A DNA stretch of 63,333 nt, the filler included, from Cercozoa sp. M6MM (lineage: Eukaryota; Protista; Endomyxa: Ascetosporea), in the NCBI GenBank assembly GCA_040357565.1. It is 12 parts of 12 records of this genome, joined end to end, with 100 filler letters (N's around TTAATTAATTAA, not from the genome) between each part and the next. Parts side by side here need not be neighbours in the genome. Positions count along the whole stretch, not along the records: positions 13,966 to 29,065 come from JBDODJ010000312.1; positions 29,166 to 32,850 come from JBDODJ010001351.1; positions 32,951 to 37,256 come from JBDODJ010001175.1; positions 37,357 to 41,050 come from JBDODJ010001349.1; 8 more parts are not named here. One strand, given 5' to 3'. The translations under genes were made by a program, and so were the position numbers. This document shows positions 25,980-38,156 of the stretch, one piece after another. Numbering within the stretch: position 1 is the first letter of the stretch; each line of letters opens with the position of its first letter. Under the pieces are notes generated by a model that saw only the letters and a list, made by a program, of their open reading frames with translations, did not search any database and had not been told where the DNA came from.

Positions 25980-26690
25980 ATGCGCGCACTTCGTAGCCAG
26001 CGCCGCTACCGCGCTGCCAGACGCCTCAACTCGCAGCTAGGTGACCGCTTTCTCTCTTGGTGTTGGGGTGCTGGAGATGTGTTGTTCTACAGTGGGCGGA
26101 GTGCCGAGTCCTGGCAGTTCAGGGGCCAAATCAAGCGCAAGTTTGGGCCCGGCATTGGTGGACGCCATCAATGCGTATGCGGCTCACTACAGAGTCCCGA
26201 TAGCAATGACGCTCACCGCACTGGCTTCCTCTGTCTATCTCGTGACACACCAACAAACGCAGCGTATGTTTAGGCTGTTTGAAGTGTATGTGCACTGTAG
26301 TGTTAGACCTTGTGCGTAGGACTCCGACAAGAGTTGAAAGCCGAGATGCAAAGCGTTAAAGACGAGATGACACGCGAGTTCGCGGGTACAGTGTTCTGGT
26401 TTAACTTGAGTGCGACAGCGTTTTTCCATCTATCGGCTTTTTGGTAGCACACGAGCAGCGCATCTTTGGTGAGTTTGTGTTTGGTTTGTGTTTCGTGTTT
26501 TCGGTTGACTGCAGAGAAACCTGCTTTGTTTTGTTGTCGCGTCGGCAGCCTTGGTGTCGATCCAACGAGGCGCAGCTGCTGTGCAGATGGACGGTCGGCT
26601 TGTTTCTGCGCACCGCACGCTAGGCACCGACCCACTGACAGAACCACACAAATCCACCGAGGATGACGATTTGAGTAGTTGCTTTGTTTC
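25980..26690 (+). CDS. Small single-TM coiled-coil protein, copy 2 (fewer 11-aa repeats)
   Basis: Paralogue of 23922-24720 within the duplicated block 25794-26797; the 3' exon is frame-shifted relative to copy 1. Confidence 0.5.
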
Positions 26691-27013
26691 GAAACCTACT
26701 CGAGAAATTTACGTTAATTACTCAAGCGTATAGTTGCTCTCAATGCACTACGCTATAAACGGGCGAAACGAGTATTTAGTATACTTACAGATCTTTGGCG
26801 TGGGCATGTTTAAACGCTCTAAATTACCACACACTTCGAGAAAATGGACCGTAGGTTGCGCAAGGCGAGTAATTTTGGAGTTAAATTTATTTGAGTAATT
26901 TGCGCGATCGGGTTTGAGTTTGGTTTTAGCGTTTCGGACAAGACGTTGGCACCGTCTTAGCGCAGGGATCGTAGCAGCAGGGAGAAGACCACCTTGTCCG
27001 GTGTGCGTGTGTG

Positions 27014-27067
<54 letters not shown>

Positions 27068-27077
27068 NNNNNNNNNN

Positions 27078-27126
<49 letters not shown>

Positions 27127-27390
27127 AGTGGATGTTCGGATCACTAGTGTTTCCACTTTGAGCGATGAAGAACGCAAGATTGGCGGGTGTCCGTACCTCG
27201 ACAGTCGATTAGCACTGTATATGTCGATGTTAGTTCCGTCAGTCGGAGAGCGCAGAACCCAGGCAAGACCGCCAGGTTGAGAGCAACGCAAAAGACCTCC
27301 AGAAAAAAGGCTTTGCAGGGGGCTAAATATTGGGTACCTGGGCGGGAACGGTGTTCTTACAGTAGGCCGGATACACCCTAGTTCTGCGCA

Positions 27391-27459
27391 AATCCCAGAG
27401 TTGGGTACCCTCCCCGAGAACCCAGTGCCGGTAATTTCCCGGTACCCAACTCAGGGATT
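27391..27459. repeat. Inverted repeat/hairpin (MITE-like)
   Basis: AATCCCAGAGTTGGGTACC and GGTACCCAACTCAGGGATT are complementary at 18 of 19 positions. Confidence 0.7.
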
Positions 27460-27804
27460 AAATTCGTGCTGATATGCCGGAAATTACCGGTAATAACTAG
27501 GATATTTCAAGCTAATTCCTGGATTATTTCACTACACAAGAACAGCGATGTAGACAACATCGAGCAAAGCAATGACACAGTCGAAGACATCACCAAAGCC
27601 GTGCAGGAAGCCATAGAGTTGCAATACCAAAATAATCACCCGGCACTCATAGGGTCATGAGCCATCCTCGGAAATCGACTGAGTTGGGCATTCTCTTGAA
27701 CTTGCTCGAGCTTGGCCTCGCAGGCTTCAACCGTTCCGTTCGGTAAAGGGAGTGTTGGTTTTCCTAGAAGACTCAGCTAACTATAACTAACTAACCAAAC
27801 TAGC

Positions 27805-28897
27805 GTCCGGTAGCGTCTCATTCTCATCCGATCCACGTGACCTCTCGAACAGAGCAGAGTTACAACAAGTATACGCAACTGACGGCAGCCTTGCCGGAAG
27901 CGAAGCAGGCTACGGCTGGACATCAGGAAAACCAGTAAATGGAAGACTAAGATCTGGCAATGGCAAAATCACCAACGCGACTATCTATGATGCAGAAAGA
28001 GTTGCCATAATGCAATGCATCAAACACGCTAAAGAAAAAGGAGAAACCCGTATCGCACTCCTGATTGACAACAAAGGAACAATCTTGCACCTGACAACAC
28101 CTCAAAAAACAGAGATGGATGAGATTGATGCACAATTGAAGGAACTAACAAAGGACATGCACATCACGGTACACTGGGTACCATCACACATCGACATTCA
28201 CCTCAACGAACTAGCAGACAAAGAAGCAAAGAAAGGAAGGAACAACCACAACAGGAGAAACTGGATCAAAATAAACAAAGACCACAAGAAACTGAAAAAG
28301 CAGACCCGAAACAACAAAAACAATGAACCGCAACGCCCTCTCAGAAGGGCCAGAGCCAGAGCTCTACAGAAAACACACGTCAGAAGCCCCTGGAAACATA
28401 TCAGGAACTCAAACAAACTCCTCAGAATAGCCAAAGAGCGCAAACTCACCATCGCAGACATCCGCACACTCTCAAGATTCCTCTGCAACAGACTTGGAAG
28501 CTTCAAGTACTACAACTACGCCCAAATACCGCGAAAGTGCAATGAATGCAAAGCCAGAGGCAGACTCAGGACTCCCAACTGCAAGGGATGCAAACAACGA
28601 CTACAAAAGCGCGAAGTAAGCGAGTGCCCCGACTGCGCAGGTACCTGGGAAAATGCAGAAGACACTCTCGACACGTACCACCGATTGCTGGAATGCAAAG
28701 TAACGGAAGCTATCAGACACAACACCAATGCGGCCCAATGGCGCACAATTGAAGACATACTAGCCAACCCTGAGAACCTAGCAACACTCAACAGAATGCA
28801 TCAAGGCGCCAAGATCTCCTGGGACGAGGAAGCAACTGTCGAAGGACAACCAGCCTCCCAGCAGGTAATGGACCGAGAGGTCCCCGACATAGACTAG
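27805..28897 (+). mobile_element. 5'-truncated non-LTR retrotransposon ORF: RNase H plus C-terminal Cys/His region
   Basis: Intronless, A-rich frame with YATDGS, IYDAERVAI, LIDNK, VHWVPSHIDIHLNELADKEAK (RNase H acidic tetrad) and CPDC...DTYHRLLEC; hairpin just after the stop (28897-28922). Confidence 0.85.
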
Positions 28898-29169
28898 GCC
28901 ACCACTCACAGCAGTGGTGGCCCCAAGTCTATGTCTGATTGCTTGCTTCGTTATCGAGTGGAGAGGCGGGAGGACGACGACGGGACGACCGACACCGCCT
29001 GCGACGCCTCTCTACTTGTAGCCCGCTACCTGCACCAACCATGAAGTCGACTTCGGTGTCTGGGGNNNNNNNNNNNNNNNNNNNNNNNNNNNNNNNNNNN
29101 NNNNNNNNNTTAATTAATTAANNNNNNNNNNNNNNNNNNNNNNNNNNNNNNNNNNNNNNNNNNNNCCCC

Positions 29170-32100
29170 ACATGTGGCAGGTGACACGCAGCGTGTGCGA
29201 CAGGCGCTGCAAAAAGCGCTGGCGCGCCGTCTGTCGCTCGAACCGTTCCTCAGAGAGTTCGTGCGCGACTTTGTCGCCTCGCGCGTATTTACCCCCTTTA
29301 TCCTCCCCCTGCCCCTACCCTCCATGTTCTTACAGGGCATTGTGGACACGTCGCCAACACCGACGGGACTGACTGGTGATAAAATGTTGTGGTTTTACTG
29401 GAAGGTGTAGTTTACATATTAAAAAACAGAACTGGACGACTTCACGGGCGACTTTGCGCTCGTCAAGCGACTGTACAGTCTGGTCTAATTTTTGCTCTGG
29501 TTGTTTCGAAGGTTTGACTGATGCTGCAGCGAGAAAAAGCCGGTGCACGAGATGCTGAAGGCGTGCGAACCGTCTTCTGTTGTTGAAGGTGCTTATTTCT
29601 TTGTGAATGATTGTTTTAATAAATGAGTGACGCATGCATGCGTTGCCGCAGATCTGACTGGCGACTTCACTTCGCGTCAAGGTCTCCTGCCCCCAATAAC
29701 TTTAGTTGCTTGCTGATTCCCTGTGCTCAGACAAGTCACTCGTTTTTGGTGACACTGCTGCCTTCGATAAGGTGCCTGAGCTGTCTGTGTTCATGTTGAG
29801 AGTGTACCACTTACTGTGGGACTGCCTGTACAGCCTCCTGCCGCCGCCATGCAGCAGAGCTTTGAAACTAGCCTACCTACAGATCGGTATTTCCGAGTCG
29901 TCAGTTCCCGTTTCGTTCTTTGTAAACAATTTGTGCACAGGGACAGCAGCTACTGGCGCGAGCCTGTCATGGTGCGCGGCTGCCAAGGTTCTTGCTCTCT
30001 TTGATGCAAAGTCAAACTCGCGATCAAAAATGTGTATTTTTTGCAGGCGTCTTGCTGCAGCAGGCCGAGAAGCGAGGTCTAATCCGAGTCAGCCTCACGC
30101 TTAGTGAGCAGGACAAGGGAGTGCTCTTGCAACGTCTCACTTGTATCTCCTGCTTTTATTTTTGCGCGGTTGATTTTAGTTGTTTTCGGGGTCACGTCAC
30201 GCGATATTTTATTCAACCAATTCGTTTACTATTTGTTTAAACAGCCTTTTTGGTGGACGCCTCGTCGTCCAAGAGTGAGTTCGACGACTTGCGCCGCTCG
30301 CTTATCCAGGAGACACTCGAGGTGCTCTTTCTTGCATTTGTGCTTTTATTTTTGACTGAACAATTAAAACTGCAGACTCATCTGTTGCCGCTGGCCTACC
30401 GCCGCCTCAAGGAGCAGATCCGGTAACCTTGAGTGGTTGTTAGGGTTGGTTGTGTAGTTAGAATGCATCTTGTTGTAGTCGTCGCTCGGAGCGTCTGGTG
30501 GCTCGACTGGCCGTGCACCGGTTGCGGTACAGCTTTGTCTGTTTGTGAAGTTATGTTCCTGTGTCTGTGCATGCCCGTGTCCGTGTTTTTTGCAGTCGCC
30601 ACACGCGCGTGCAGCCGTACGTTTTTTCGGAGGCATACGTGAGGTCGCTGCGACTGGATGAGGACGTCGAGGATGTGCTCGATGATGAGGGGCATGAGGC
30701 TCGCGTGCCATGTGTCGTTGCTGTTTCGGTCGGTGCGCACACGGAACCGTCGGTGGTTGTCGCTGTCGATCAGCACGGTACACAAAGCCCCCCCCCCCAG
30801 TTAGTTGAACTCGATGATGTGTGTTCTGTAGGACATCTGCTGGACGTGCAAGCACTGCACCACTTCAAAGGACGGTACAAGCCGTGCTGTATGTGTGTTT
30901 TGTTGCTGTATCTTCTGTGTGGCGTAGTGCGCGAAGCGGGGCGGACGAGGACTCGCGCGACACACAGTTCCAGAACTGTACCCCTGCCTGTGTCCAATCA
31001 GCAATAGCACCCATCTGGTGATAACTTGCGGTGTGTCTGTAGCCGAACGCGACCGTCTGCGCAAGCGCAGCGAGGACGTGCAGCGTCTGGCCAAGTTCCT
31101 GCGGGTACACCTTGTCCATTTGCTCTTTCCTGTGTACCGTCCGTATGTACCGTCCATCTGTGTTGTCCATATGTACCATGTGTTTGTACAGAAACACATG
31201 CCGTCGCTGGTGGCGGTGGACGCGTCGAGTCACTCATCGATGCGCGTGCTGAACGCCATTTACGGCGAAGTGATTCCCGAAGTGCCCAGTACCACTGCCC
31301 GACAAGCTTGTCCACCGGTCTGACAGGTAGTGCATACGGTGTGTCTCTTGTGCAGCGGCCGTGCCGATCCAGGTGATGTTGGTGGAGGCCACCGTGTCGA
31401 GCGCGCTGTCCAAGCAGCGTTTCTTGGCGCAGCAACTGCACGAGCGCACCTCGGCTAACGCACGGTAGCTTTACCTTTACCCTGCCCCTACCTATCCCTT
31501 TCCCCGTACCTTACCCCCTACCTTTACCCCCTACCTTTACTTCCTACCCCTCCTCCAGCCTGGCACTATCGCTGGCGCGACACTGTTTGAACCCGGTGGC
31601 CGAACTGTGTCAACTGGCAATTTCGCGCACCTTTGATGGTACGCGACTCCCTTAATCACCTGTACTGGTGTACAGGTATCATGTACAACTGTACCGTCGG
31701 TTTGGACAGGTGCCAAAATGGCGCCTCTTACCGAGGCGCGCGATCGCGAGTTGCCGCCCACGGACGGACTGTACTCGCTGCACCTGCACCCGCTGCTCGA
31801 GTGCATTCCTAAACGCATCGCGCTCCAGGTAGCACCTGCCCCCCATCCACCTTCCTGACTCCCTTGACCCCCTTGACCCCCCCCCCCCCGGGACAGGCAC
31901 TGGAACGTGAGTTGGTGCGCGTCGTGTGTCTCCACGGCGTCGACGTCAATCGCATGCGTCGCCATCCGTACACACGATGCATCCCCCTTAATTTGGACAA
32001 GATGTGGTACATGTGTACCTTGAATGTAGCCACCTTGCTGCGATGTTGCCTTTCGTGTGCGGTCTTGGTCCGCTCGAGGCGGAACGCGTATTCCGCTTCC

Positions 32101-32830
32101 TCAAGGACCGGTAGAGTTTTACCCCCCCCCCCCCCATCCCTTACCCCTCCCCTCTTACCACCTGGTGCAGTGAGTACGTCGTCAGTCGTGCCGAATTGCG
32201 CGATGTAGTTTAACTTTTCTGTGGTCCAATTTGGACGGTCTATTCGTACATTTGTACTCTTTGGGGGGACTGTTGGACAGGCTGGACTGTCCGAGTCTTT
32301 GTTCGAGAACTGCGCCGGCTTCTTGCGCGTCGAAACCACGCAGCAGATGCAGCGGTACTCATTTACCTCTTTTACTCCCTACCACTTTGTCCACCCCCCC
32401 CCCCCCCGCGCACAGATAACAGCGAAAACAAAGCGAATCGAAAAAGGCGAAAAAACACGAGAATCGCGCGCGCGCCAACGATCGGTATTTTTCGAAGGTT
32501 ATTTTTCGTATTTGTTGGCTGGGAAGATACGAGAAATGTGTCCGGGGAGACAGAGTGTACGCCAAATGTATGGTGTCGCCGCTGGAGTGCACGCGCATCG
32601 CTCCAACACAGCGTCTGTACCACTTAGCTCGGTACGCCTCCCCCTTGCTTCTTGTTGTTTTTGCTTGTTGTTTTTGCTTGTTGTTTTTCCTGTTGTTTCT
32701 CTTGTTGTTGTATCCTCTTATATTTGTGTGTGTGTGGTGGAACAGTCAAGTGCTGCTGTGCGCGCGGCAGTCGTTTTTGGTCACTGAGAAACGACGCGTT
32801 CTCGATCTGATTGCTAACGACAGTCTGGGT
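29170..32830 (+). CDS. SPT6: Transcription elongation factor SPT6, internal part
   Basis: RLSLEPFLREFVR, DTSPTPTG, VVAVDQHG, LSLARHCLNPVAE, LHLHPL, VCLHGVDVN, FVCGLGP, FENCAGFLRV, PLECTRIAP...YHLAR, all in the expected order. Confidence 0.85.
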
Positions 32831-32950
32831 ATGTGTTTACCCCCCCCCCCNNNNNNNNNNNNNNNNNNNNNNNNNNNNNNNNNNNNNNNNNNNNTTAATT
32901 AATTAANNNNNNNNNNNNNNNNNNNNNNNNNNNNNNNNNNNNNNNNNNNN

Positions 32951-33064
32951 GTGCTGTTCACCTGTGGAGCCGTTCTGTCGCTCCTGTCGTCGCTGTGGTT
33001 CTGCTGGAAGCGGAGCGAAAGCGTCGTCAAGGCGGCATCGTCGACAATGAGTCACATCGTACAC

Positions 33065-33104
<40 letters not shown>

Positions 33105-34300
33105 GCACTCGCACACACGCACACGCACACACACACACACACATACACACACACTCAGCTGTCTTGTAGATATTTGTGTCGAGTGCCGTACTGTCGGTCG
33201 AATGCTTATTGCTGACTCGGTAAGTTGTCAACTGAACAGCATTTTCGTTCTGTCCAGCAACGTAACTTGCGTGTTCTACTTGTATCTGCAGAAGGAAACA
33301 ACAATGGGTATGTACGGCGTCGGAATGGCTCCCCAATCTAGCAATGATGGCTATGGCAACAACTTTGGCTGGTACCTAGGCTTACGCAGCTACCCTTTCG
33401 CAATTGGGGGGGGGGGGGGTCGAAATTGTCCGGACTACAGCCCTGGGTTGACTACAGCAAAGAATGCCCGTCTCGAAAAGATATTCCTTCTCTCTTGGAA
33501 GGTGACCACATCAAGCTGTCACAGTGCAGTCCATACACCGAACCTGAGTTCCCATGGTATCGTTTGTTGCATCTGCGCAGGGATGGAACTACAACTACTC
33601 CGACCTGCATCTGGCAAAGATCATTGTCGCAGGCGTCATGGTAGAGGCAAGCTTCTCTGTGGCTATATGACACCCTGCCTAAATGCAATATCCCTCAGGG
33701 CATCGTGATCGGTGCAGTCGAACTGATAGAACGAAAAAAAGTGACCGAGCTGGTGAGCAGCAAGCTAGTATACGAGTCCTGCTACAGGTCCAACGTAGGC
33801 ATCAGTTTGCTTCCCAAGTTGCCGATTTTTATCTGTGTAAACCACGATACAAGTCTTGTTCTTGCAAACTAGATGTTCAGTTGCCGTATCCGGGTGCACA
33901 TGTGTTTTAGGTTCTTTGGGTCATAAAACTCGCAGTCGCGCTCCGCGGTGCGCCGCCGGAGTTCCGCGAAGCGTCATATGTGCATCCGCTTCCAACTTTT
34001 TAAACTTACCCCTGGACACATGCAATTGACGCAAACCATCTTTTTGTTTTAATGCGGCAGATTGAAATCTTCGCATGGCTGTCACTTATTGCTGTCGTCG
34101 TTGTTGGTATGCCGAGCTGACGATGCTACTGTTACAGTACCAAGTTGATCGAGTACCAGTCAGCACGTGCAGAGATTGTAAAAGGCGCCTACGCTGGCGA
34201 GGTGAATATCGTTGAACGTGTCGCTGCAGTGTAAAATCAGTTGACACACATTTCCAGCACCTGGTTCCCATGTGAGCCATGAGAGTCGTGTCTAATTTAC
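32951..34300 (+). CDS. Second class C GPCR-like gene, 7TM part (paralogue of 14038-17370)
   Basis: FCWKRSESVVKAASSTMSH, AKNARLEKIF, LRGAPPEFREAS; similar intron positions. End approximate. Confidence 0.7.
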
Positions 34301-34895
34301 AGTGGATACTTCCTGATAATTGCCTTCGTCGTGTCGTTTGTACGATCCAGCACTTAAAACCGATATTCCTAGTACCTTGCCATGAAATTCTGCTGTTTAA
34401 ACTGCACCTGTGCACAGTACACACTCCCTCGCATCCTGAGGTATATTGTACCGCCCGCCTTCCGAGAAAGAGCTTGCCATGACACACTGCTTATTTCACT
34501 TGATTCGGAGGTTTGACAGTATTCACTGCGGCATGGAGTACGCCGTGTTGCCGAAGCTGTTGGCGATGACGCACGCTGTGTCGTCCGAGTCAGTGTCCGT
34601 ATTGGGTGGCAGCGATGGCAGTCTGGGCTTTCAACCGCGGCGCGTCATCCATGTGTCCGTCACACAACCTTGACCGATTTGGTTTGTGCTGATCGGATGT
34701 GACGTGCTGTTTAGCGAGGCCGCGAAGCGTCAAGACAGTCGAAGTTCGAACTCGACGGAGAAAACGTGGCGTATCATCGACACCTCGATCAGGTTCTTTT
34801 AACGAAACAGACGATCGAACTGTTTGTGAATTAAATTTAATTTGAACACAGTTTTTCTTCCGTTGTCCTTTCGTTCGATTATGCAAAAACGGAGA

Positions 34896-34970
34896 TCTAG
34901 TTAGTTCAGTCCCTCCCTGCTCAGAGCCTGATCAGGTCCAGGGGGCGGCTCACAAGTGCATGGCCGTCCA
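34896..34970 (-). repeat. Diverged copy of the dispersed structured repeat with tail
   Basis: Reverse complement reads ACGGCCATGCACTTGTGAGCCGCCCC...GACTGAACTAACTAG. Confidence 0.6.
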
Positions 34971-35407
34971 TGATCACCGCTTTGGGTGGTGGTTCTGCTG
35001 TAATCGCTGGCTTTCTCTTCTCACGCCACTCTCGTGGTGACACGCAGGTGCTCCAGCCTCCAGGTTGTCGATATTTTCGTGCTCAGTCTGTCTTCGATGG
35101 TGCAGTTGCGGGGTCTGGTCCTGTCTTTTGGCGTTGCATTCTCCGCGTTGTCTTGGTACTTGAACGAGCTGAGTCTGTTGCACAGGCGAGGAACCGTGCG
35201 AGGGTGCCGACACAGATTGAGCAATGGATTGCGCCATCGCACGTGGCGTGTACGAGCCAAAGAAATGACTACTGTACGGTACCGTACTGTGAGTGTGCGG
35301 TAGTAACCAACCTAAATTTAGCTACGACGCTGTGCGAATAAAGCGCATGCCGTGAGTCACCTTTCTTTGAAGCGAAGCTCGTTTAAGACCCCTAAGATGC
35401 CCTCGCA

Positions 35408-35515
35408 TCAGACAATCTCAGCCAGTGCTGTCAGCCAGTACTGGCTACTGCTTTCGACGGAACAGGCGTCGCCAGCTGCGCTGAGACTCGTTCGGTGGCG
35501 TGCTCGACTCTGCCG

Positions 35516-35566
<51 letters not shown>

Positions 35567-35576
35567 NNNNNNNNNN

Positions 35577-35625
<49 letters not shown>

Positions 35626-36938
35626 AAACCACATGGCAAGGACTAAGAGAGATGAAATCCAACTAGTACCTCCAAAGCATCCGCCACTGCGGTGCAGCAC
35701 GTAGCGAAACAGCGACTCGCCAGCGAGCAGCAGGTCACCCTCAACCAGAGAGCGTTCGGTTATTTCGCGTTTGGCCACATGCACGAGGTCAATAACGGAA
35801 GCGCCGCCGCCGCCGAAGCTGTTATTGGGAGTGGCATAGGTGTCGGTGACCAGAAAGGTGCCGGCGCGCGAGCCGAGGTCGCTGAGCACAATGCTCTGTC
35901 CGTTGTGGCGACAGCGGAGTTCGAGACGCGCATGGTGTCGCGAGATGCCGTTGTCGGAGACGCGGATGGAGTTGCCCGAGGCACGGCCGAGCGACCACAT
36001 CTTGGCACGTGCACCCGAGACACTGCTCTTGCTCTTGTTGTCGCGCGGACGGAAGCTCTCCTCCAGCGCCGCCGAGTTCGACCAGAGGAGCCAGTGGCGA
36101 GCCACGCTGCCGTCCGTGTTGAGCAACTGGATGGAAGCACCCACCACCGACTGGTCTTGCATGTCCTCGGCCGCACTCGCCGTAGTCGGCACCGACCGCT
36201 CGCCATAGTGCTGCTCCTCGTCCTCCTCGTCGCTCTCGTAGACACGACGGAAGCGACGGAACTCATTGGTTCTGCACACGAATATCCACCACCCATATTC
36301 ACAGCCATACACAGATGAGTAAAACGGGGAAGGGGGAAGGAACACACAGGACATCGGAAGCGACGAAACGGAGTGCACCCACAGCAGCTTCCTCGTCGGC
36401 ACCTGTGTCACACCTGGTGCGAACAACACAGTCAAAAACAGAAACGTATTCCTACCGTCAACGATGACTTGTTCATCGAAGAATTCGGCGTACTCGACTA
36501 ACGTGTGATTGCTACAAACCCCCCAAGTACACACATAGACATAGGCATAGACATAGACATAGACATCGTCATAGACACATGCCTACATATAGAGAGATAG
36601 AGAGAGAGACACCTCTCACTCTGTTCGTACAGTGCGACACACGCGTGTGCCATTTCGGCGCCCAAACACTGCTCGAGAAAGTCTTCGAACTCTCCTCGGA
36701 TCGAGCTGTGCATCAGTGCCTGCACAAAGGGTATGGGGGGGGGGGAGTAAAGGTAAAAGAGCTACCCCCAAGCAGGCCATACGGCGGTCCTGCATGTTGC
36801 GAATCTCGCGCAGTGTGCCATCGTAGTCAATGTCGCAGATAGTGCCACTGACTTGTCGCAGTGCCGTGACCCACTGCGCCAAGGCAACTTCGTGCGCCGC
36901 ACGGAACGATACCTGTCGCCTGCACATACACACTTTAC

Positions 36939-36975
<37 letters not shown>

Positions 36976-37240
36976 GGTAAGACATACAAAGGTGTGTGCA
37001 CAGTGAAGGCACATCGACCTCGATGCAGTCTCGACTATTCAAAGAGGGTGTAGGAGTAGGTGTATAAAAGCAGAGGGGGATACCTCGTCCAGAGTGACAC
37101 TGGCACAGGCCAGATCGGCGCCTTCGGAAGCACTGTCGGCGACGCGGAGGTGCACCACGCCACGTGGCACAGTTTCGTGCGACGATGCGAACCACGCAAA
37201 AGCGCCCTCTCGTAGCACACATGCCACCTTCTGCCACTTG
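35408..37240 (-). CDS. FHA-domain protein preceded by PH-like and RGS-like segments, 5'-truncated
   Basis: FHA: SLGRASGNSIRVSDNGISRHHARL...LSDLGSRAGTF...LVEGDLLLAG; PH end: VSFRAAHEVALAQWVTALRQ; RGS-like: MHSSIRGEFEDFLEQCLGAEM. Confidence 0.7.
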
Positions 37241-37934
37241 TCTGGGGGGGGGGTAANNNNNNNNNNNNNNNNNNNNNNNNNNNNNNNNNNNNNNNNNNNN
37301 TTAATTAATTAANNNNNNNNNNNNNNNNNNNNNNNNNNNNNNNNNNNNNNNNNNNNCCCCCCCCCTACCCTCCCCTGAGCAGTGGCAGCACGTGCGACAG
37401 AGAGAGAGCGACGAGGAGGAACAGAGCGTTTACTTTGAGCAGTGGAAGCGGCACCAGGTACGCACTCTACCCCCCCCCCCTCTCTCTCTTTGATATGTGC
37501 TCTCGGACTCTCTTGGGATGACACATACTGTAGGTGATGGAGCTGCGCAAGCAAGTGCTCGAGCAGCGCCGCAAGGAGCGCGAGCGCTTCCTGTCGCCGG
37601 CTTGAAATTCGGAATCAACGCAATCAAAATTAAAAGCTTCATAATGACTCAGATTATGCACGGCAGTCTCCGCGGGGATAAATTCATTGAAGAAAAAGAG
37701 AAAGAAGAGTTAAGAGTTTGTGGCTCTACGGTACTACTGCCTATAGAGCTGTTACTGGACCTGTCTGAAAGCCTGTCCCTGTAGATTGAGCCTGCCAGTT
37801 GGCAAAGGAAAACCTCATGTACTTGGCATCAGCTGGTCAGTTGCTCCTGCAGTTTTTACTGATATCCACCTCTACAAGTAAGTATTGGCTGCTGTAGAGA
37901 GAAGGGGTTTTTTCAATCTTCTCACGATTTTCCC

Positions 37935-38080
37935 TGTGACGGAAGTTTCCGTCTACAACTCCGTCTAGTTTGACGGAAGAACCCAGTTGGGGTAATTCTT
38001 CAATTGATTCCCTCGCTTCGTCTGATTGACGACTTACTTCTTTTATTCGTATTTAGTTGTTTTCACTGACAACCGTCAGT
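37935..38080. repeat. Diverged inverted copy of family B (755-913)
   Basis: CTCGCTTCGTCTGATTGACGACTTACTTC...TTTTCACTGACAACCGTCAGT matches the reverse complement of 758-822. Confidence 0.65.
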
Positions 38081-38156
38081 AAAAAACACCGACTAGTCCG
38101 TCTACTGGTCGGGAACAAGCAATACCGCTCAATCAGCTGCTCGCGGCGCATCTTCT

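Noticed and set aside
34446-35303. Possible plus-strand membrane protein gene
   Set aside because: Coding-like patches are interrupted by a repeat copy, and no supportable model emerged.
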